Shown: positions 27,684 through 36,966 of the stretch, one piece after another | Layout of the letters: every line of letters begins with the position of its first letter | How positions within the stretch are numbered: position 1 is the stretch's first letter | IMG/VR virus record: IMGVR_UViG_3300032050_000072 | Location: 19,618 to 83,617 of that record | Length of the DNA stretch: 64,000 bases | Direction: 5' to 3' (one strand) | Source: a virus | Program-made: the position numbers and the translations under genes | The notes under the pieces: generated by a model | The model's input: only the letters and a program-made list of their open reading frames with translations | The model's database searches: none | Told to the model about the DNA's origin: nothing

Positions 27684-28181
27684 CTACCTAGCCGCCAAGC
27701 TCCTAGCGACCGCCACTCTGCGGGCATATTCCGCCAGCAAAATCGCGTCCGCGCGTCCGTCGTGTTTTTTCAGCCGCAGCCATTCGGCTGAGTTCGGAAA
27801 CAGCAGCTTCGCGGTTTTGATCGAAGTCTCTTTGTCAGTGTGATGAACCCTCCCAAGGATGCACTTCTTCCAGACCTCGACCTTGACCACCTGCGGGTCG
27901 ATGCCGATCATCGTCAGCCCGAGCTTCCAGAATCCCTTGTTCTCGCCGAACGTGAACGCTCCTCGCCTGCCGTCGTGCGAGTAGGTGCCGACATCCTCGA
28001 TCACCGCTTCGAGGTAGGCGTAGCGGCTGCCGATGCCGGTCAGAATCCTTGCGAGCTTCTCCAGGTCCGGCTGCTTGCCGTCGAGCGGGAAGTCGTGAAT
28101 CTCAAGCACCGCCCGCTTGTTGACGACTGCGATCGCGCCGTACTTCCCTGGATCGACACCGGCATAGACATATTCGCTCAT
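27684..28181 (-). CDS. RuvC-like Holliday junction resolvase
   Basis: AGVDPGKYGA, VIED, WKK, HDGRADAILLA. Confidence 0.85.
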   Translation of the reverse strand: MSEYVYAGVDPGKYGAIAVVNKRAVLEIHDFPLDGKQPDLEKLARILTGIGSRYAYLEAVIEDVGTYSHDGRRGAFTFGENKGFWKLGLTMIGIDPQVVKVEVWKKCILGRVHHTDKETSIKTAKLLFPNSAEWLRLKKHDGRADAILLAEYARRVAVARSLAAR

Positions 28182-28612
28182 GCCAAGTCCCTCCAGTCGA
28201 CCATTGGCTTGTGGGAATATCGCTCGGCCTGAAAGACATCCGGCAGCCCAAGCAGCGGCGGGAGTTCGCGGTGGTAGATTGCCGCCATCTTCTCGGGCTC
28301 CCATTCGTGCGGATCGGCGACGAACTTCAACCAGAGCGTATGGCCCAGCGAAAGCTTCGGCAGCACGACTCCGCGTTCACGAATCGTCTCGCCCTCGGCC
28401 AGCCGGTGACAGCGTTCGCACAGCCGCAGTAGATTCCAAGGCTCGTCGCAGCGGTGCCGCGAGCGCTTGATAATGTGGTGAACCTGAATCCCCGGCCACC
28501 GATCCCGCTCGGCCTTGCGGTGGTCGATCCAGCAGCAAGCACATCGCGGCGACAGGCCCGCCCAGAGCTTCATGGATTCGCCAGCGGTGAGGTCGCCCTC
28601 GGTTTCGATCAT
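28178..28612 (-). CDS. HNH endonuclease
   Basis: CACC..VHHI..NLLRLCERCH. Confidence 0.8.
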   Translation of the reverse strand: MIETEGDLTAGESMKLWAGLSPRCACCWIDHRKAERDRWPGIQVHHIIKRSRHRCDEPWNLLRLCERCHRLAEGETIRERGVVLPKLSLGHTLWLKFVADPHEWEPEKMAAIYHRELPPLLGLPDVFQAERYSHKPMVDWRDLA

Positions 28613-29115
28613 GTTCCGCCCTCGGCCACGATGAACTCGAACTCGATCGCGTCTTGGTCGATCCCCTGATAGCAGGTCTTGTCGATCTTCACCGCCCAGA
28701 ATCCCATGCGACGCAGAAACAACTGGGCATCGAGACACGACTCCGGCACGATCGTCACGATTCGCTCGGCGTTGTCGAGAATCGCGCGAAACTTGACTTC
28801 GCGGATCAACAACTCGCCGACTCGATTGCGACGGTCTTCGGGCAGCACGGCGAACCGCAGCAAGCAGACATCGCCTTTCGACTGAGCACACAAGGCAAAC
28901 CCGGCCACGTTTCGCTCGATCGCGCGCCCTAGGTGATCGACCGCGAAGCCGTAGACTCGCGGCGTCTCGAAGACGCTTTTCATTTCCTTGCGAGACAGGG
29001 CACAGCCGGTCGGCATCGTGGCCCGCTCGATCGCCTGCACCTGTGTGAGATCGGTGTCGTACAGCTTCCGCGCGGCATACTTCGGGAAGTTGCCGACGAT
29101 GAGTTCTCCAGGCAT
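28609..29115 (-). CDS. GNAT (RimI-like) acetyltransferase
   Basis: DLTQVQAIE, FAVLPEDRRNRVG, AQLFLRRMGF. Confidence 0.8.
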   Translation of the reverse strand: MPGELIVGNFPKYAARKLYDTDLTQVQAIERATMPTGCALSRKEMKSVFETPRVYGFAVDHLGRAIERNVAGFALCAQSKGDVCLLRFAVLPEDRRNRVGELLIREVKFRAILDNAERIVTIVPESCLDAQLFLRRMGFWAVKIDKTCYQGIDQDAIEFEFIVAEGGT

Positions 29116-29125
29116 GGCTCGCCCC

Positions 29126-30196
29126 TTAGCCGATAGCATTGGTGAGCCGCTCCCATAGCTCGTGGACAATTCCCCGCACTAGGTAGCGGCGATCCTCGTC
29201 GTCCAGGTTTTGCTTGGCTTCGATCAGCTTGGCAGCGCGAATGATATCGTCGCCCATGAACTCAAAGCGATCCCGCCCACACTCAGGCCCGCAGACATCC
29301 TTGCCAGATTCGGACACGCAACAAGTTGCGGGCTCAGACTCCGGTGCCGCCTCGACCACTTCCTTTGGCTTTTCGACTGCCTTCTCTGGTACAGGATACA
29401 GGGTGTCGGTTGCTTTCACCAAGTCGGTTAGCTCCTCGCGGGTGTGACCGGCAGCGATCCAATCACTGACATCACCTTTCGGTGGCAGGCCCGGCAGCCG
29501 CACGATCTTGATCGACGACGCCTTACCGACCAGTGACTCGACAATATCGCGGGCGTGTTGCTCGCCGACTGAGTAGCCGAGCTTTTCGTCGACCGGATCG
29601 TTATCGGGCAACACGACCACATGACAGCCCTTGAGAAAATCCGAGTAGCCAGCGTTCCATTTGCCAGCACCCATCGGGTTACAGGTCGCCACCAGCCCGA
29701 GCCCGACCAGCGTCTCGACATCCTTCTCGCCTTCGGGCACGAACACCACTCGCTTCTTGGCGTTAGCGATCAACTCCGGCAGCCGGTAAAGCACCCGACG
29801 ACACTCACCCAGACCCCAGACCCAGCCGTCGCCTTCCGGTCGGCGCTGGCGAAACTGCTTGCCCTCTAGCCGCACGACTTGGTACAGCAGCTTGTGCTCT
29901 TCGTCGCGGTAGTCGTATGTCTTCTCGATGTTACTGCTCATCACCGTCCTCCTTCTCGGTTTCTGACTGTCAAAAAAATCGCTCGCCTTGAGTCCAATCG
30001 CCTGAATCACCTGCTGGAACGAACACCCTCGATGGCAGCGCATTAGCAGGCGGTTATTCTTGACCGCGATCGACAAGCTCGCGTTATGCTTGCCATCGGT
30101 TTCGTGGGCCGGGCAATGGGCCTCCCACCCCCAGCGACGTTCGCGGCACTTGTGCAGCTTCTCGAATACGCCAGAGAACTGCGGCGGATAATTCAC
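29126..30196 (-). CDS. DNA primase (zinc-binding plus TOPRIM)
   Basis: CPAHE..SLSI..CHRGC, YDYRDE, PEGEKD, LPDND, KGDVSDW. Confidence 0.88.
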   Translation of the reverse strand: MNYPPQFSGVFEKLHKCRERRWGWEAHCPAHETDGKHNASLSIAVKNNRLLMRCHRGCSFQQVIQAIGLKASDFFDSQKPRRRTVMSSNIEKTYDYRDEEHKLLYQVVRLEGKQFRQRRPEGDGWVWGLGECRRVLYRLPELIANAKKRVVFVPEGEKDVETLVGLGLVATCNPMGAGKWNAGYSDFLKGCHVVVLPDNDPVDEKLGYSVGEQHARDIVESLVGKASSIKIVRLPGLPPKGDVSDWIAAGHTREELTDLVKATDTLYPVPEKAVEKPKEVVEAAPESEPATCCVSESGKDVCGPECGRDRFEFMGDDIIRAAKLIEAKQNLDDEDRRYLVRGIVHELWERLTNAIG

Positions 30197-30939
30197 GCGG
30201 CAAACTCCTCTCGCATCTTCTGGCAATAGAGCGGGCTCTTGTCGATCAGCACGCAATGCCGACCAATTCTGCGGCATACCCGGCCTGTGGTTCCGGTGCC
30301 AGCAAACGGATCGACGACCAGATCGCCGGGCTGCGTGCAACTCAGAACGCACCGCTCGACCAAGCCCTCGTTGAGTTGGGTCTTGTGCCAGCTTCGGCGT
30401 TGCTTGCTGTTGCCTGTCACGCGCGGGAAGTCAAAGACATCGCCCGGCACCCGGCCACGCGGATCAGCCCGCTTGTCGCCGTTGAGTTGCCGCCAGCTTG
30501 GCACGCGAATGTTGTCGGCCAGCGTCTTGATCTTTGGGTCGCGGATTCGCCAGAGCGGTCGATGGTTGTTGCCGAAGTCGTGGTGATTGTGCTGACCAAA
30601 GGTGAACGTCTGCACCATCGGCGTGACCCATTCTCGGTCGTACATTTTGAAAAGACTGCTCGCAAACCCGAGCACCCATCGCGAGTTGAACGACAGCCAG
30701 AGCGTTTCGCATCGCACCGAAGCCACACCGACGAACTCGATCAACCAGTCGAGATACTCGCCATCGCTCATATTGTCTTCGTGGTTGTCGTACTCCAGGC
30801 CGATGTTGTCCGGTGGATCGGCAAAGATGCACTTGATCGGCGGCAGGCCCGCTGCTCTACGTCCGCTCGCCACGGAGCCCACAAGCTCGATCGCATCGCC
30901 ACAAAGCACGGTGGGCGTTAAGGTCGCGGTGATGGTCAT
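30193..30939 (-). CDS. N6-adenine/N4-cytosine DNA methyltransferase (beta class) with DPPD motif
   Basis: FADPPDNIG before VVDPFAGTGTTG. Confidence 0.85.
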   Translation of the reverse strand: MTITATLTPTVLCGDAIELVGSVASGRRAAGLPPIKCIFADPPDNIGLEYDNHEDNMSDGEYLDWLIEFVGVASVRCETLWLSFNSRWVLGFASSLFKMYDREWVTPMVQTFTFGQHNHHDFGNNHRPLWRIRDPKIKTLADNIRVPSWRQLNGDKRADPRGRVPGDVFDFPRVTGNSKQRRSWHKTQLNEGLVERCVLSCTQPGDLVVDPFAGTGTTGRVCRRIGRHCVLIDKSPLYCQKMREEFAA

Positions 30940-30941
30940 GT

Positions 30942-31235
30942 CTATCGCTCCAGTAGTTTGAACGTCTTGACCTCTTCAAAGCCGCGACCATCATCGGTGT
31001 GCAGCTTGCGGCAGTTCCTCGTCTCCGACTCAATCGCCTGCTCGCGCTGCTTCGCGGTGTGATACCATCGCGTATAGCTGAACGGCTTGCCGGTGGACCA
31101 TGTTGCCCGCAGCTTGAACGTCAATGTGACCTCGACCCCAAATCGTCGCCTGCCGTCACGCCTGCTATCTCGTTTGAGTCCCCTCGCCGGATCATCACCA
31201 CCGCGAACTTGACTTCGCTTCTTCGTTGGTTTCAT
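30942..31235 (-). CDS. Small basic hypothetical protein
   Basis: Start reassigned to ATG 31235 (AGGA SD). Confidence 0.55.
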   Translation of the reverse strand: MKPTKKRSQVRGGDDPARGLKRDSRRDGRRRFGVEVTLTFKLRATWSTGKPFSYTRWYHTAKQREQAIESETRNCRKLHTDDGRGFEEVKTFKLLER

Positions 31236-31262
31236 GGGCTTCGTCCTGCGTGATTCCAGTTT

Positions 31263-31559
31263 CCAGTTGGATGGGAGCGTAGTGCGGCCTTGGACGGAGG
31301 CCCGAAGGTCGCATTGAAGCGATACCTTTGCCGGGCTAGCCAAACCTCTTTGCCGATTTCAGGTCTGGTCTATGGATCGGTCACTCGTACGTCGGCGATT
31401 TCAACCAACTCAGCCAGCCCATGTGTCGATCGGCTAACCAAATCGAAGGTAAGGCGCGCTACAGCGAAACCCTTCGACGAATCCGTCCCTTTTGTGACTC
31501 AGCTTTATCGGGCTTCCGCCGCTGCTGGTACTGAGTCCGTTGAACCATTTGCCATCTGG
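31263..31559 (-). ncRNA. Candidate ~300-nt structured ncRNA with pseudoknot
   Basis: Closing helix CCAGATGG/CCAACTGG; stems GACTCAG/CTGAGTC, TCGAAGG/CCTTCGA, GGTTAGCC/GGCTAGCC, GCCGA/TCGGC, AAGGT/ACCTT, GGCCT/AGGCC; long-range GGACGG/CCGTCC. Confidence 0.6.
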
Positions 31560-31572
31560 GGCTAGTCGTCAA

Positions 31573-31625
31573 TGATGGCAACGGGAGTCGAACCCGCCAG
31601 CGCTCCCAAGCGAGCGTCGCCACCA
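31573..31625 (-). ncRNA. D-arm-less tRNA-like element
   Basis: Acceptor-like GGTGGCG/TGCCATC-A, one hairpin CGCTC/GAGCG, canonical T-arm GCGGG-TTCGACT-CCCGT. Confidence 0.55.
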
Positions 31626-31643
31626 GCCGCAACAAGTTGCGGA

Positions 31644-31964
31644 CTAAAAATTTGCCGCAGTCTCATTCTCGACGACTGCACTTGCCGCCTCGAATGGCAG
31701 TTCCTTCTGACCATCCAACGGCTCCACTCGCGGCACGCCGTCAACCATTCGCTCGACGGCTTCTAGCACCGCCGTGATTGCCTGCGAAGCCTCCGATGCG
31801 TCTTCGCCGATCTGGTCAACGTCGTACATGGCACCGCCGATCGCCGACAGTATTTCCCTGGCTCGGAGGAGAACGTCGACATCCCGCTTGCCGAGCTTGA
31901 GTCGCGGCTTCCTTCCACCGCCAATTAGAATCTGCATGATAAATGCTCCAGTGAATTGAGTCAC
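31644..31964 (-). CDS. Hypothetical protein
   Basis: Short ORF; likely start at the internal ATG (MQILIG) with GGAG SD. Confidence 0.55.
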   Translation of the reverse strand: MTQFTGAFIMQILIGGGRKPRLKLGKRDVDVLLRAREILSAIGGAMYDVDQIGEDASEASQAITAVLEAVERMVDGVPRVEPLDGQKELPFEAASAVVENETAANF

Positions 31965-31995
31965 ATCAATCTATCACAACGATACACGTAAGACG

Positions 31996-33396
31996 CTAAG
32001 CGTCAACGGATAATTTGCGAAGATTCTGATTTAGGTGCGGCCATTCGTGGTAGCTGTGAATGGAGGCGAAGACGCCCCAGCAAGCGTGACCCAAATGGTC
32101 TTCGCTTCGGTCGCCGCCGAGCCACAAGAACAGGTGCCGAATCGCGTGATTGAGTAAGTCGCTGACAGGAAATCCACGTAACCAATTATGGTCACTATAT
32201 TTGTCGGCTCCTTCCTTGTAGACCGCCGCCAATCGCTCCATGCCACGGAACGGCAGCCCGTCACCACAGAACTCGCCGCCTTCAATCTCGTTGATCGCAT
32301 CGAGCAGGCAGTATGCCGCACGCTCTAGCTGGCCCGAATCCCATTGACCATAAGACGCCAGTAGCATTGCGTCGCACGCCGTCTCGACAAGCTCGCTCGC
32401 TTTCTTGGCGACATCGACGAAACGCCGTTGGTGCTTGCGGATTTCACGCAAGGCGACCGGCGTGATGAGATCAAATCGCACGCCATCGGCGTCCGTGCTG
32501 CGCGTGGCTCCGGTTTCGTGCGTGCGACGGTCGGCCTCTGGCTTTGGCGATGTTTCGATCGTTCCAGATTGGCACGGCTCACCCGGTATTCCGCTGAGAG
32601 TCTCGAACTCGCGAGTATCCAGACGGCCTTCCCATGAATCGACAGCCACACCTGGACCGATCACCGCGACAGCGTGAGCCCAGCCGCTCGCCTCCGCAAC
32701 TTGTTGCGGTGTCATGTCGACCGGCTTTAGCTGCGGCTTGATGGCGGCACTGAGTTCGCAGAAGACCTCCAGAAATAACTGCTCGGCGTCTTCCCACTCC
32801 AGACATTGCAGCGGCTCCCAGCCGCCAGCGAGCAGATCGCTCGTGCCGTTCCAGGCCCACGTTTCGCCACGGTCGGCCATGATGCACTTCGACTCGTAGC
32901 GAGTCACATCGTTGTCGGCCTGCTTGACGAAGCCAGCCACTTGAACATTGTCGGTCAACTCGCCGACTCCGGTGTGCTCGTCAATCAACCGCTGCACCTT
33001 GCGGTCGAGTTCATCCAAGAACCGATAGCAATCTGGGAATCGCCTCTGGAGCATACGCTTGCGCGGTCGAATCATGTCTTGGTTGTAGGCTTCGTGGCCG
33101 TCGTGCATCAAAGCGAGCATCGCGATCCCATTGAGCGGAACCTCGCCACTGATGCCAGCCGACTTGGCAATCTCGACCGCCCGCTTGCTGACCAGCACGC
33201 TATGCTGGGCATTGGAATAGAACACCTGGCAAGCCCCGTTGTAGCGACAGGTCAAGGCTAGAGCGTGAGCAATGTGCTCGATATCCACATCGTCGATCGT
33301 CATCTTGGTCGGCGTCACGAGCGGACCTTTGTAGGTCACTGTGCCACCGTCTTCGCTCACCAAGCCGTCAATCGTTTCATCTGCTTTGCGAATCAT
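31996..33396 (-). CDS. HD-domain (YfbR-like) nucleotidase fused to DUF5664-type dNTP diphosphohydrolase domains
   Basis: IAHAL..CRYNG..YSNAQHS..LMHDGHEAY; GATRS..RFDLITP; EGADKYSDHNWLRG..HAIRHL..EDHLGHA. Confidence 0.8.
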   Translation of the reverse strand: MIRKADETIDGLVSEDGGTVTYKGPLVTPTKMTIDDVDIEHIAHALALTCRYNGACQVFYSNAQHSVLVSKRAVEIAKSAGISGEVPLNGIAMLALMHDGHEAYNQDMIRPRKRMLQRRFPDCYRFLDELDRKVQRLIDEHTGVGELTDNVQVAGFVKQADNDVTRYESKCIMADRGETWAWNGTSDLLAGGWEPLQCLEWEDAEQLFLEVFCELSAAIKPQLKPVDMTPQQVAEASGWAHAVAVIGPGVAVDSWEGRLDTREFETLSGIPGEPCQSGTIETSPKPEADRRTHETGATRSTDADGVRFDLITPVALREIRKHQRRFVDVAKKASELVETACDAMLLASYGQWDSGQLERAAYCLLDAINEIEGGEFCGDGLPFRGMERLAAVYKEGADKYSDHNWLRGFPVSDLLNHAIRHLFLWLGGDRSEDHLGHACWGVFASIHSYHEWPHLNQNLRKLSVDA

Positions 33397-33410
33397 AATA
33401 ACCTCGCGAG

Positions 33411-35072
33411 TTATGTTGCCGTCGCCGACACTCGGCGACTAATCCTAGGATTGATCTCGTCCGTGATCCGCTTTGCCGCCTCGGCCTTGGTGACATTGGT
33501 GTCGTAGCCGTAGGCAGCGAGCAGCTTGGCTTGCTGCGCGGTGCATAGACCAGCCGACTGACGGCGTTTTAGCTCGTCGATCAGCTTGGTTGCTTTGTGG
33601 AGCGAAAGCGTCTCGGGATTGCGGACCCCGTTGCTTCGCAGGTAGGCTCGCTGCCTTTCGGTCGATGGCTTGCCGCGCAAGTAGCCCGGCTCGCGGCCTG
33701 CCCGAATGTCGAACAGGTCAAACGGACTGACATCGCGAACGAAGTAGCTGGCCTGGGCGATCAGCTTGGCCCGCTCCTCGCGGCGACGTTCCGCCATTTG
33801 CTCCTCGACCCACTTCATCGCCTCAAGTACATCGGTGTCGACGCCCTTGGCGGCACGCTCGCGAATTTTCTTCTCGGCTTCTTCGACGATCTCGTCGGAG
33901 TATTTGCCGCCGAGAACATCGCTGGCGTGAATCAGCTTGTGCCTACCCGAGTTGCCGACGAAATCCACGATCACGCAGTCCGGCTTGCTTGAGCGAGCGA
34001 TCGCCGCTCTGCGAGCATCGGCGCTGTCGTGGTGGTCGTCGATTCGAGCTTCGGGCAGCGGTCGTGTGCCTCGGCCAGCAATCTGGGCATACAGGCTGCG
34101 GCTCTTGGTTGGTCGAGCCATGATGATATTGCGGACGTTCGGCAGATCGGTCCCCTCGGTCAGCACGGCACAGTTGACGATCACCTGAATCCGGCCATCC
34201 TTGAACTGCCGCAGATAATGTCGCCGCTTTTCCTTCTCGGTTTCGCCGTCGATCGCAACTGCCATGCCTTGTCGATGACGGTTGAAAATGTCAGCCATCT
34301 GGTGAGCGTGCGAAACACCAGCCGCAAAGACCAGCGTCGGCTGGTCGCCTATCAATTCGATCGACGGCGACACGACCTTGTGCAGCATTGACTCTTCGGT
34401 CATCACCGCTTCAAGCTCGGCAGCATTAAGATCGCCACCAGTCGTCTTGACTCGCGACAGGTCTAGATCACCAACCGTCACCAATCGCTGCCGCACCGGC
34501 ACCAGCCAGCCGCCCTCGATTGCATCTTGAACGCCGAACTCAAACGCCACTGAATCGAACGTCTCGCCGAGCGCCATTTCGTCGGCCCGATCCGGCGTTG
34601 CAGTGATCCCGAAAATCTTGAGGCTTGGATTCTGCGTGAAGTGCCGAACGATACTCATGTAGCTCTTAGCACACCCCGCTGCGTGATGGGCTTCGTCTAT
34701 GATAAGAAGCCCATAGTCCGCTGGATCGTGTTTCATCAACCTGCGACTTTGGCAAAGCGACTGCACGCTCGCGACAATCCCCGGCGAACGAAACATGCCA
34801 CCGCCACTTGCCGCGCTATACTCTGCCATTTCAACCTCAAAGCTCGCCCCGCTCATTTCGTCGAGACGTTGCTTACTCTGCATCACGAGTTCTTCGCGGT
34901 GAGCAATCATGCAGACCCGACCACGATTCAGCGCAAGCCATTTTCTGACGATCTCTCCTGCTATTGCGGTCTTGCCAGTTCCGGTCGCGCTGACTGCAAG
35001 TGTAGAACGCTGCGTTTCGAACTCGCGAAACACGCTCTCAATACATTCTGTTTGATAGGGGCGTATCTTCAT
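33411..35072 (-). CDS. SF2 DEAH-box DNA helicase
   Basis: RPYQ, ATGTGKT, DEAHH, TATPDR, LTEGTD, QIAGRGTR. Confidence 0.93.
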   Translation of the reverse strand: MKIRPYQTECIESVFREFETQRSTLAVSATGTGKTAIAGEIVRKWLALNRGRVCMIAHREELVMQSKQRLDEMSGASFEVEMAEYSAASGGGMFRSPGIVASVQSLCQSRRLMKHDPADYGLLIIDEAHHAAGCAKSYMSIVRHFTQNPSLKIFGITATPDRADEMALGETFDSVAFEFGVQDAIEGGWLVPVRQRLVTVGDLDLSRVKTTGGDLNAAELEAVMTEESMLHKVVSPSIELIGDQPTLVFAAGVSHAHQMADIFNRHRQGMAVAIDGETEKEKRRHYLRQFKDGRIQVIVNCAVLTEGTDLPNVRNIIMARPTKSRSLYAQIAGRGTRPLPEARIDDHHDSADARRAAIARSSKPDCVIVDFVGNSGRHKLIHASDVLGGKYSDEIVEEAEKKIRERAAKGVDTDVLEAMKWVEEQMAERRREERAKLIAQASYFVRDVSPFDLFDIRAGREPGYLRGKPSTERQRAYLRSNGVRNPETLSLHKATKLIDELKRRQSAGLCTAQQAKLLAAYGYDTNVTKAEAAKRITDEINPRISRRVSATAT

Positions 35073-35173
35073 CGCGTCACCTGAGTGGAATAAATAACCC
35101 GGCTTGAGCTACCGGGCGGGAGCGATTCGGGAGGAGCGAATCGACAAGCGTGGATCACGCAACTTGTTGCGGA

Positions 35174-36127
35174 CTAGAACGCGGCTGCCGGATTCGACCA
35201 GCGTTCGCGATCCTCTTCGCTGGCGAGATCGAACACGCCACGCGGAATCCAGCCCATGCCACGGCATTGATTGCAGCAGTCGCCGTTGCAATGCGGGCAG
35301 ACGGTGTACGGTGCCATCGTCTTGAGTTCTTTCTCAAGGCTCTTGCTCGCGGCGTTCATTTCCGGCAAAGCTCGCTCCAGGTAAGCACCGGCAGCGGTAT
35401 CGCAGAGAACCTTCACTCGCTTGCGGAAATCACGCTGCAAGGCACACAGAGCGTCGAACTCTTTGAGCATGTCCCAGCACTCGCGCAAGTCGGCTGGAAT
35501 TTCGTGGCCGAGTTCGTCGGTCGTGATCTCGTCCTGCTCGTCTTCATCGGGAACGCCCGGCGCGTCGTCGCTTTCCTTGCCGCCCATCAAGTCATCGCCA
35601 AGCTCGTCGATGATCGTTCGCAGCTTCACATCGCCGTTGACGACTTTCTTGAACAGGTCCGGCCTTTCGACTCGCAGCTTGTCAGCGAATCGCAGGTAGC
35701 GGCGATTGGTGCCGATCTGCTTGGCGAGATCGTCAAGCTCCTCGTCAACCGGCTTCGGCTTCGGCGTTGGTTCCCCTGGCTTGGCTGGTTTTGCTTCCTT
35801 CTCGGCAGCGTCACGCAGTCGTCGCTGAATTGACATCGCTTGGCAAGCCACGGCAGCGCGCTGACTGCTCGATAGATGCCTGCGGCTAGCGTTGAGCGAC
35901 ATCACGAACGACACGATCTGATCTTCGGTCCCGGTGTATTCTTGAGTTGGGCACTCGATCCCAAGCTCCTGGCAGCAAATGAAACGGTGCCTGCCGTCGA
36001 TGACCTGATCCTTCCAGACCCAGACCGGAATCCGCACGCCGTTCTGGCGAATGTCTTCGAGCATGGCCCGCTTTTCGTCGGGGTCCATTTCTGGGAATAG
36101 CGTGCAAACCTCATGAAACTTCAACAT
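35174..36127 (-). CDS. ParB-N domain protein with HTH and C-terminal zinc finger
   Basis: FPEM..DIRQNG..VIDGRHR..SLNASRRHL; CPHCNG..CRGMG. Confidence 0.8.
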   Translation of the reverse strand: MLKFHEVCTLFPEMDPDEKRAMLEDIRQNGVRIPVWVWKDQVIDGRHRFICCQELGIECPTQEYTGTEDQIVSFVMSLNASRRHLSSSQRAAVACQAMSIQRRLRDAAEKEAKPAKPGEPTPKPKPVDEELDDLAKQIGTNRRYLRFADKLRVERPDLFKKVVNGDVKLRTIIDELGDDLMGGKESDDAPGVPDEDEQDEITTDELGHEIPADLRECWDMLKEFDALCALQRDFRKRVKVLCDTAAGAYLERALPEMNAASKSLEKELKTMAPYTVCPHCNGDCCNQCRGMGWIPRGVFDLASEEDRERWSNPAAAF

Positions 36128-36147
36128 AAAGACTCCTCCAAAAAAAA

Positions 36148-36966
36148 TTACTTGCCTGCGTTCAATTCCACCGAACGCACTGAGATCATTTCGCCTAATT
36201 GTTCCAACTCTGGCCCTGAGAAGCCGTAGGTGGACTTCGCAAACTCATTGCCAAGCTGAGCCAGCTTCGCCAGATCGGCAGCCCTGGCGATCGCCGCCTC
36301 GGCCCGCTTGAGTAGCATTTGCTTGTTGCTCTTGGCTTGATCGGCGCTCTGCGGCCTCGCCGGATTCGACATTGCCTGGGTGGCATTGCGTCGGCCAGCA
36401 CCAGCAGCGCCCGCTGGCCTGCGGTCGGACGGCTTTCGCTCCGGCACGCGGTCGTCGTGGTCGCTGTCGTCCATGTCGCCCTCTTCGACCGGGATGCACA
36501 GCCCGAGCGTCATGGCATACTTGTAGGCAACGCTGTGGGCCTTGTTCGCCGCCTTGTCGCCGTTGTGATCGCAGGCCGAACCGAACGCCTCGAAGCTGAC
36601 ATTCGATCCGTCTGGCGCGTAGAGCGTGACCCGCAGGTGAATCTTGGCGAAGATTACCCAGCGGAACTTGGCTTTCAGACGCAGCCATTCATCCAGCTTT
36701 GCCAGTCGAGGGTCTTCGGTCGCCACAAGGTCTTCGGTCGCGGAGACGATCGCAGTCGAGAGTGTGATGCCGCACTTGGTCAGCGCCGGACCCACGGCAT
36801 TGAGAATGTCGTCGATCCCTCGGAAGCGATAACCCTGGCTGTCGTTTTTCTTGGCTTTGACGATCGCGCCGATCTCGGCCCGCACCATCGGAACCAGCCG
36901 GAAGATTTCAGGCCCGCAACTTGTTGCCGCTGGCTCCGGCGTCTCTTCTGCATTTTCACGGATCAC
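36148..36966 (-). CDS. ERF-family ssDNA-annealing protein
   Basis: QGYRFRGIDDI, DKAANKAHSVAYKYA, DSD. Confidence 0.8.
   Translation of the reverse strand: MIRENAEETPEPAATSCGPEIFRLVPMVRAEIGAIVKAKKNDSQGYRFRGIDDILNAVGPALTKCGITLSTAIVSATEDLVATEDPRLAKLDEWLRLKAKFRWVIFAKIHLRVTLYAPDGSNVSFEAFGSACDHNGDKAANKAHSVAYKYAMTLGLCIPVEEGDMDDSDHDDRVPERKPSDRRPAGAAGAGRRNATQAMSNPARPQSADQAKSNKQMLLKRAEAAIARAADLAKLAQLGNEFAKSTYGFSGPELEQLGEMISVRSVELNAGK

Noticed and set aside
31263-31625. tmRNA, RNase P or group I/II intron
   Set aside because: No G3:U70 acceptor or tag ORF, no RNase P GGAAAGUC-type motif and no intron core motifs that I could find; an Rfam search is still needed.
31996-33396. 2-aminoadenine (Z) genome pathway
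   Set aside because: No purZ or dedicated polymerase in this window; cannot be excluded for the rest of the genome.
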